From: Candidatus Ratteibacteria bacterium
GTDB taxonomy: Bacteria > Ratteibacteria > UBA8468 > B48-G9 > DTJG01
Assembly: GCA_049971295.1 (NCBI GenBank)
Contig: JBMFLH010000029.1
Coordinates: 1-13,380, forward strand
DNA: 13,380 nucleotides
Direction: 5' to 3'
In this document: one piece after another, positions 7,419 to 13,380 of the stretch
Position numbering within the stretch: position 1 is the stretch's first letter
Layout of the letters: the number at the start of each line of letters is the position of its first letter
Notes under the pieces: model-generated
What the model was told of the DNA's origin: nothing
Databases searched by the model: none
What the model saw: the letters and a program-made list of their open reading frames with translations, nothing else
Made by a program: the position numbers and the translations under genes

Positions 7419-8317
7419 AAAAATTGCAAATAAAATTGGGCAAGCTGAAACTGGATAGTCCAGTACTGCCTGCCAGTGGAACATTTGGATACGGTGATGA
7501 GTTAATAGATACCATCGATTATCAATATATTGGTGCAATTATCACAAAAACGCTGACATGGAAAGAGAATCCAGGTAATCCCCCGCCGCGAATATGGGAA
7601 TTTCAAAATGGATTAATGAATAGTATTGGATTGCAGAATATTGGAGTAAAACGTTTTTATGAAGAAAAATTGGGAATTCTGCTTAATCTTAATAAACCTC
7701 TCATAGTAAGCATCGGTGGCAAACATCCAGATGATATACTCAAATGTATTGAATTTCTTGGCAGTAAAAGAGGTATTGACGCATTGGAGATGAACCTTTC
7801 CTGCCCAAATATTGATACAAATAAAACAATTTCAGAAGACCCTGATTATACATTCAGACTAACCAGAGAGGCAAGACGACTCACGGATAAAGTATTAATT
7901 GCAAAACTCAGTCCGAATGTAACAGATATATGCGAAATAGGCGTGGCTGCAGAACAGGCGGGCGCTGACATTTTAAGCGCAATCAATACATTCAAGGGTC
8001 TCTATTATGACTGGGACAGAGAAAAAATGTACGCGGGTGGTGTGTCAGGTCCTATGATTTTTCCAATGGCTTTGCGAATGGTGTTTGACTTGTTCAGGAA
8101 AGTTTCTATTCCAATTATAGGGCTGGGCGGTATTAACTCTGAAAAAAAAGCACTGGAAATGATTTTTTCAGGTGCTTCAGCTATCGGAATAGGGACATCT
8201 CTGGTCATCATGCCTGATCTCGCGTCAAGAGTATGTCAAGCAATTGTTAATTACCTGAAAAAGACGAAACAAGATTTTTACTCCATTATAGGTCGCATGA
8301 ATGAAAAAACACATTGA
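7409..8317 (+). CDS. pyrD: Dihydroorotate dehydrogenase, class 1B catalytic subunit
   Basis: ASGTFGYG, TKT, GNPPPR, NSIGLQN, NLSCPN (catalytic Cys), KLSPN, INT, GGVSG and IIGLGGI. Confidence 0.95.
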   Translation: MEIKKLQIKLGKLKLDSPVLPASGTFGYGDELIDTIDYQYIGAIITKTLTWKENPGNPPPRIWEFQNGLMNSIGLQNIGVKRFYEEKLGILLNLNKPLIVSIGGKHPDDILKCIEFLGSKRGIDALEMNLSCPNIDTNKTISEDPDYTFRLTREARRLTDKVLIAKLSPNVTDICEIGVAAEQAGADILSAINTFKGLYYDWDREKMYAGGVSGPMIFPMALRMVFDLFRKVSIPIIGLGGINSEKKALEMIFSGASAIGIGTSLVIMPDLASRVCQAIVNYLKKTKQDFYSIIGRMNEKTH

Positions 8318-10091
8318 AATCAGTCACTATACCTTTTATGTAAATCTGATCAAAATTATTCTTTTGGTGCTGATATTTCTCAGACCTTTTTTTGATGGAT
8401 TTTCAAGCCCTGCATTCAATCACATATATAATCTTGCATTATTCACTCTGCTACCAGTTTGTATCTTTGTTATGAGAAAAAATTTGAAATTCTCGTATCC
8501 TTTGCTTTGTTTTTTGATTTTTGCAATACTATGTCTGGTACTGATTCCTTTATGGCCTACATGGACGACAACAATAAAACAGTTTCCTTATTTTTTCAGT
8601 TTTCTCGCGACATGGTTTCTCTTTAAAACAGTATTTGAAGAAAAGGATATTCCTTATGTAACCGGCATATTTATTTGTTCAATGGTATTCATTATGATCT
8701 ATGGTATCCATCAATACTTCTGGGGGTTGGAAGCCACACGGCAAACCATATTGCAACATCCGGAATTGATAAATAATATGTCTGACACATACATGGATAG
8801 AATAGCAAGCAACAGAATTTTCTCCACGTTTGTCTATCCAAATACATTTGCCGGCTATTTATTAATGCTTTATCCTGTTGTATTTTTTTATCTTTTTTCA
8901 CAAACAAGAATCTGGCTCAGGATAATAACGGTAGTTGTTCTCATGACGTTATTGCCTGTATTGGCGGCAACAGAATCTATGGGTGGATGGTTCTGTTTCA
9001 TCATTATATCATTTTTGATGCTGATGTACTTTGTGATTCCAGGAAAATATTACCTCTATTTTTGTTTCTTTTTTTTCGTAATACTCAGTTTAATTGCATA
9101 TTATGGATTTACATCCGGACTAATGCCTAAATTTGGTTCGCTGCAAGACAGAATCAATTACTGGTTAGCAGGAATACAGATATTCAAAAATTATCCATTC
9201 ACAGGTGTTGGACCAGGAAATTTTTCTCAATTTTACCTCCAGTTCAAAATTCCTGGAGCGATGGAAGCAAAATTTGCTCATAATCTTATTGTCGAAGTCC
9301 TGGTGTGCACAGGACTAGTTGGACTTATTATTTTCATAACAGCGTTATTTTTTTTCATCAAGGAAAACACCCACAGTTTTCTCTTACCAAAAAATCAATT
9401 AATAACCGGCTATCTGTTTGGTATCACTGGGTTTTTTCTTCACAGTATTATTGACTTTGATTATGCTAACGCGGCAGTCGCCAGCGTATTATTCGCCTTT
9501 TCTGGACTTGTAGAATCATGTTCAGATGCACAAAACGTTAAATCAAAAGCATTGACAAAATTGCTTGCGGGCATTATCATTATTCTAATGCCTGTGGCAA
9601 TGGTTGTAGAGTACAAAACGTGGCAGGTAGTAAAGATTATAGACAAAATTAAAAACGGTAAAAGCCATAATCCCATTCAGGATCTGAAGCAGGCTTCAGA
9701 CATATTTCCTGAACCTGAAATATTTTTTATTGAGGGTGAAATTTTCAGGTTTGCGTATCAAGAAACCAGAGATGTAAAATTTGCGGAAAGGGCTATTGAT
9801 GCTTACAAAAAAGCCATAGAATCAAATCCATTTGTACCACATTACCACAGGATGCTGGCGAAGTTATTTACTGAACTTGGTAAAAACAAAGAAGCAGAAA
9901 AAGAGTTTTTGCGGGTAATAGAATTGTATCCATCAAAGGCGCTTTATAATATGGAAATTGCTGAATTTTATAAAAAAATAGGGAATAAAAATCTATCGAA
10001 AATTTATTTCGAAAAGGGAATGAGCTTGCCACCCAGCAGTAAAGATGAAGCTCGTTCAATTGAGGAGTATAAAAATGGAAAGAATTTTTGA
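8301..10091 (+). CDS. O-antigen ligase-like (Wzy_C/WaaL family) membrane protein with C-terminal TPR repeats
   Basis: RIFSTFVYPNTFAGYL, DRINYW, PFTGVGPGNF, AHN...GLVG and LHSIIDF. The C-terminus has TPR-like helices (AIDAYKKAIESNP; AEKEFLRVIELYP). Confidence 0.85.
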   Translation: MKKHIEISHYTFYVNLIKIILLVLIFLRPFFDGFSSPAFNHIYNLALFTLLPVCIFVMRKNLKFSYPLLCFLIFAILCLVLIPLWPTWTTTIKQFPYFFSFLATWFLFKTVFEEKDIPYVTGIFICSMVFIMIYGIHQYFWGLEATRQTILQHPELINNMSDTYMDRIASNRIFSTFVYPNTFAGYLLMLYPVVFFYLFSQTRIWLRIITVVVLMTLLPVLAATESMGGWFCFIIISFLMLMYFVIPGKYYLYFCFFFFVILSLIAYYGFTSGLMPKFGSLQDRINYWLAGIQIFKNYPFTGVGPGNFSQFYLQFKIPGAMEAKFAHNLIVEVLVCTGLVGLIIFITALFFFIKENTHSFLLPKNQLITGYLFGITGFFLHSIIDFDYANAAVASVLFAFSGLVESCSDAQNVKSKALTKLLAGIIIILMPVAMVVEYKTWQVVKIIDKIKNGKSHNPIQDLKQASDIFPEPEIFFIEGEIFRFAYQETRDVKFAERAIDAYKKAIESNPFVPHYHRMLAKLFTELGKNKEAEKEFLRVIELYPSKALYNMEIAEFYKKIGNKNLSKIYFEKGMSLPPSSKDEARSIEEYKNGKNF

Positions 10092-10734
10092 AATACAGGT
10101 CAGAAAGGTGGAAAAGCCATGCTATGCCTCGGGAGACATCCCTGACCTAACACTAGGAGACCTTTGCATTGTTGAATTTACCAAAGGGACTCAGGACTAT
10201 GCAAAAGTTTATATGATTTTTAATCCTGGACAGGACTTTAAAGAAATCATTTCTGGAAGAATTTTAAGAAAGGTGAATGAACAGGACATGCTTGTAATCC
10301 AGGAAAACGATCTTCTGAAAGAAGAGGCATTCAAAATTTGTAATGAAAAAATCAAGGAAATTAACCTGCCAATGAAACTGATCGATGTGACCTATTCATT
10401 TGATAGAACAGTTATCACATTCTATTATTGGGCTCCGGGAAGAGTTGACTTCAGAAAACTTGTCAAGGAGCTTGCATCAATTTTTAATTGCAGGATTGAA
10501 ATGCGCCAGATCGGGTTAAGGGATGAAGCAAAAATAAAAGGTGGTTTTGGTATATGCGGTCAGGAGATATGCTGTCATAGATTTCTTAAAGATTTTGAAC
10601 CTATTACGATGAAACTTGTAAAGACACAAAGTCTTCCACTTGATATGAGCAAAATATCCGGGCTGTGCGGAAGATTGATGTGTTGTTTGATATATGAAAG
10701 CAAGATGTACGAAAACGGAGAGGATGAAAAATGA
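10075..10734 (+). CDS. ricT: PSP1 domain protein, RicT/YaaT family
   Basis: RVDFRKLVKELA, RIEMRQIGLRDEAK, GGFGICGQEICC and KISGLCGRLMCCL. Start ATG 10075 has GAGGAG at 10062-10067. Confidence 0.9.
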   Translation: MERIFEIQVRKVEKPCYASGDIPDLTLGDLCIVEFTKGTQDYAKVYMIFNPGQDFKEIISGRILRKVNEQDMLVIQENDLLKEEAFKICNEKIKEINLPMKLIDVTYSFDRTVITFYYWAPGRVDFRKLVKELASIFNCRIEMRQIGLRDEAKIKGGFGICGQEICCHRFLKDFEPITMKLVKTQSLPLDMSKISGLCGRLMCCLIYESKMYENGEDEK

Positions 10735-12224
10735 AATTCTATATTACCACGCCGATCTATTACATTAATGCCCGACCACATATTGGTCATTGCTATACAA
10801 CAATTGCTGCTGATTGTCTATCAAGATATCACAGAATGAAAGGGAAAGACGTATTGTTTCTTACTGGAACTGATGAACACGGAGAGAAAATCGCCCAGGC
10901 AGCAGAGAAAAAAGGTGTCACAATCGAACAATTCACAGATGAAATGTCTGATGTATTTAAAAAAATGTGGAGTAAACTTAACATCTCTTACACAAGATTT
11001 ATACGCACAACAGAAAAGGAACACGAAAATACAGTAAGTGAGGTATTCAAAAAACTTATGGAAAACGGTGACATCTATCACGGAGAATACTCTGGATATT
11101 ATTGTGTTCCATGTGAATGTTTTATACCAAAGACGAAAATTGATCAAACAAATCCGATGTGTCCTGATTGCAATAGACCAGTGAGGATACTGACTGAAAA
11201 CTCATATTTTTTCAGATTGTCCAGATATGAAAATGCCCTTATTAATTATTTTGAAAAAAACCCTGATATGATTCAACCCCGATTCCGCCTTGAAGAGGTA
11301 AAGAGTTTTATATCTCAAGGGCTTAATGACCTTTCTGTCACAAGACAGGGTTCCATCTGGGGTATACCTTCACCAACGCCAGAAAAATATACAATATATG
11401 TATGGTTTGACGCTCTCTTAAACTATCTTACCGGCGCTGGTTATAAAAACGGTAATACAAATGAATACTGGCCACCTGATGTTCAATTGATAGGAAAGGA
11501 CATTCTCAGGTTTCATGCGATTATATGGCCAGCATTGTTGCTGGCGCTCGGATTAAGATTACCAAAAACAATTTTCGCGCATGGCTGGTGGACAGTGGAT
11601 AGTGAAAAAATATCAAAATCTAAAGGAAATATTATAGACCCGATTGATCTGATCAATCGCTTCGGAGTTGATGGTTTTAGATATTTTTTGCTTAGAGAGG
11701 TACCATTTGGACTTGATGGCGAATTTTCAGAAGAGAAATTTATCAAACGGTTCAACAGCGATCTCGCAAATGATCTCGGAAATCTTGTCAACAGAACACT
11801 GAACCTGGTGGAAAAATTGTTCAATGGAATGATCCCCACAGGATATGTAAGTTCTGAATTGGAACAACTTGTTGATAGTGTATTAATAAATGTTGATAAA
11901 ACAATGGGAGATGTACGCTTTTCTGACGCTCTCAGTGAAATCTGGAAAATTATTGGAGAACTTAACAAATTGCTTGATACAGAAAAACCATGGAATTCAC
12001 CGTTGACGAACGCAAAAAATACACTTTCACAGTGTATTGCGGGAATACACATAATTTCGCTCTTCGTCTATCCTTTTATGCCTGAAACTACACAAAAAAT
12101 CTGGAAAATTCTGAATTTACCGCATGATGAAAACGAGATTTTTCTTAACAAAGACGGCTTGAAAATTCCAGAAGGTATAAAATCTAGTCAGCGTGAAATT
12201 CTGTTTCAAAGGATAAAAATATGA
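10731..12224 (+). CDS. metG: Methionine--tRNA ligase (short form, no C-terminal tRNA-binding domain)
   Basis: [19 protein letters not shown], zinc knuckle CVPC...[24 protein letters not shown] and NDLGNL. GGAGAGG Shine-Dalgarno at 10717-10723. Confidence 0.97.
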   Translation: MKFYITTPIYYINARPHIGHCYTTIAADCLSRYHRMKGKDVLFLTGTDEHGEKIAQAAEKKGVTIEQFTDEMSDVFKKMWSKLNISYTRFIRTTEKEHENTVSEVFKKLMENGDIYHGEYSGYYCVPCECFIPKTKIDQTNPMCPDCNRPVRILTENSYFFRLSRYENALINYFEKNPDMIQPRFRLEEVKSFISQGLNDLSVTRQGSIWGIPSPTPEKYTIYVWFDALLNYLTGAGYKNGNTNEYWPPDVQLIGKDILRFHAIIWPALLLALGLRLPKTIFAHGWWTVDSEKISKSKGNIIDPIDLINRFGVDGFRYFLLREVPFGLDGEFSEEKFIKRFNSDLANDLGNLVNRTLNLVEKLFNGMIPTGYVSSELEQLVDSVLINVDKTMGDVRFSDALSEIWKIIGELNKLLDTEKPWNSPLTNAKNTLSQCIAGIHIISLFVYPFMPETTQKIWKILNLPHDENEIFLNKDGLKIPEGIKSSQREILFQRIKI

Positions 12225-12961
12225 AACCCATATTCAAAAGAATTATGTTGAAATTGTCAGGTGAAGCGCTGATGGGTGATGAAAAATTTGGTATTCATTC
12301 AAACTCTCTGATATCCATTGCACACGAAATCAAAGAGGTGACTGAACTTGGATGCCAGACAGCAATAGTGATTGGTGGAGGAAATATCTTTAGAGGAATT
12401 GCTCGAGATGAAAAGGTTATTGATGAAATCACCGGCGATTACATGGGCATGCTTGCAACTGTCATCAATGGACTTGCCCTTCAAAGCTGCCTTGAAAAAA
12501 TGAACGCAATTACCAGAGTTCAGAGTGCATTTGAAATGAGACAGTTTTGTGAACCCTACATAAGAAGAAAAGCAATCAGACATCTTGAAAAAGGTAGAAT
12601 CGTAATATTTGTAGGTGGAACAGGAAATCCCTATTTCACTACTGACACAGCGGCTGCATTAAAAGCAATAGAAATTGGTGCTGAAGTAATATTAAAAGCA
12701 ACTAAGGTTGACGGAGTTTATACGGATGACCCATTGAAAAACAAAAATGCAAAAAGATACGACTGGTTAACATATAAGGATGTCCTTGCAAAAGAGCTGA
12801 AGGTAATGGATAATACGGCAATAACATTATGCTTGAACAATAAATTACCAATCATTGTGTTCAATCTCTTCAAAAAAGGAAATCTCAAGAGAATTGTATT
12901 TGGCAGGGGAACAAAAACAATTATTGCTGACAGCAAGTCAAAACTATATCACCTGTTATAA
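12221..12961 (+). CDS. pyrH: UMP kinase
   Basis: [34 protein letters not shown] and VDGVYTDDP. Upstream of frr. Confidence 0.97.
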   Translation: MKPIFKRIMLKLSGEALMGDEKFGIHSNSLISIAHEIKEVTELGCQTAIVIGGGNIFRGIARDEKVIDEITGDYMGMLATVINGLALQSCLEKMNAITRVQSAFEMRQFCEPYIRRKAIRHLEKGRIVIFVGGTGNPYFTTDTAAALKAIEIGAEVILKATKVDGVYTDDPLKNKNAKRYDWLTYKDVLAKELKVMDNTAITLCLNNKLPIIVFNLFKKGNLKRIVFGRGTKTIIADSKSKLYHLL

Positions 12962-12971
12962 AGGAGGGTAT

Positions 12972-13380
12972 ATGATAAAAGAAATTTGCCAGCAGGCAGA
13001 AATCAGCATGAAAAAGGTTGAAGAGCATTTCGTCAGAGAAATTAACAATTTCCGTCTTGGACGCGCGTCTGTATCACTTCTTGAAGGAATTCTCGTAGAG
13101 TATTACGGTTCCAGATTGCCAATCAATCAGATTGCAACCGTCTCAATTCCCAATCCACAAACTCTTATTATCCAGCCATGGGATAAGACGACGATAGATA
13201 AGATAGTAAAAGCCATCCAGATGAGTAATCTTGGACTTAATCCAGTTGCTGATTCTACAACGATAAAAATTTCAGTGCCGCCCTTGAGTGAAGAAAGAAG
13301 AAAGGAACTCGTCAAAATACTGAGAAAACTTGAAGAACAGGCAAAAGTAGAAGTAAGAGAAATCAGAAGAAAAGTAAAGG
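12972..13380 (+). CDS. frr: Ribosome recycling factor, truncated by the window edge
   Basis: Not in the ORF track. Manual translation: MIKEICQQAEISMKKVEEHFVREINNFRLGRASVSLLEGILVEYYGSRLPINQIATVS...IQPWDK...NLGLNP...PPLSEERRKELVK.... Strong AAGGAGG Shine-Dalgarno at 12961-12967. Confidence 0.96.
   Translation, partial: MIKEICQQAEISMKKVEEHFVREINNFRLGRASVSLLEGILVEYYGSRLPINQIATVSIPNPQTLIIQPWDKTTIDKIVKAIQMSNLGLNPVADSTTIKISVPPLSEERRKELVKILRKLEEQAKVEVREIRRKVK

Noticed and set aside
7980..8050. PyrD loop between INT and GGVSG appears a few residues shorter than in class 1B enzymes I recall
   Set aside because: All catalytic motifs are intact and pyrK is adjacent; ordinary loop variation is the likely explanation.
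3432..9355. 8-base A/T homopolymers (3432-3439, 9069-9076, 9348-9355) as phase-variation tracts
   Set aside because: They are in frame, encode Phe-rich membrane segments and are expected in AT-rich DNA.
11513..12052. 179-aa antisense ORF inside metG, plus the other short antisense or alternate-frame ORFs in the track
   Set aside because: They lie within well-supported genes and show no recognisable motifs; these are typical shadow ORFs.
1..13380. CRISPR arrays, tRNA/rRNA/ncRNA, riboswitches or T-box, IS elements, intrinsic terminators
   Set aside because: I saw no spaced repeats, transposase or integrase motifs, or convincing hairpin plus U-tract, and there is almost no intergenic space. 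An Rfam/tRNAscan run would be needed to exclude them formally.

Overview
AT-rich, extremely compact bacterial chromosomal window with two divergent operons separated by a 67-bp intergenic region (5832-5898). The minus-strand operon (5831 to <1) is a lipid-carrier-dependent glycosylation cluster: a DPM1/ArnC-like GT2, two complete GT-C (ArnT/PMT-like) membrane glycosyltransferases, a SAM methyltransferase broken by what appear to be two frameshifts, a second GT2 with non-canonical motifs, a CE4 polysaccharide deacetylase lacking a signal peptide, and the start of a third GT-C that the ORF track missed. The plus-strand operon (5899 to >13380) is uppP, pyrK, pyrD, an O-antigen-ligase-like/TPR protein, a PSP1/RicT-family protein, metG, pyrH and a partial frr (also missed by the ORF track). 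Points of most interest: the multi-GT-C cluster lying head-to-head with uppP, a candidate back-to-back promoter pair predicting two leaderless mRNAs, the hidden third-frame bridge in the methyltransferase, and a Met in place of the usual Arg in the WaaL-like TxSR motif. I saw no RNA genes, CRISPR arrays, mobile elements or clear terminators. All product calls come from motif recognition by eye; no database search was run.
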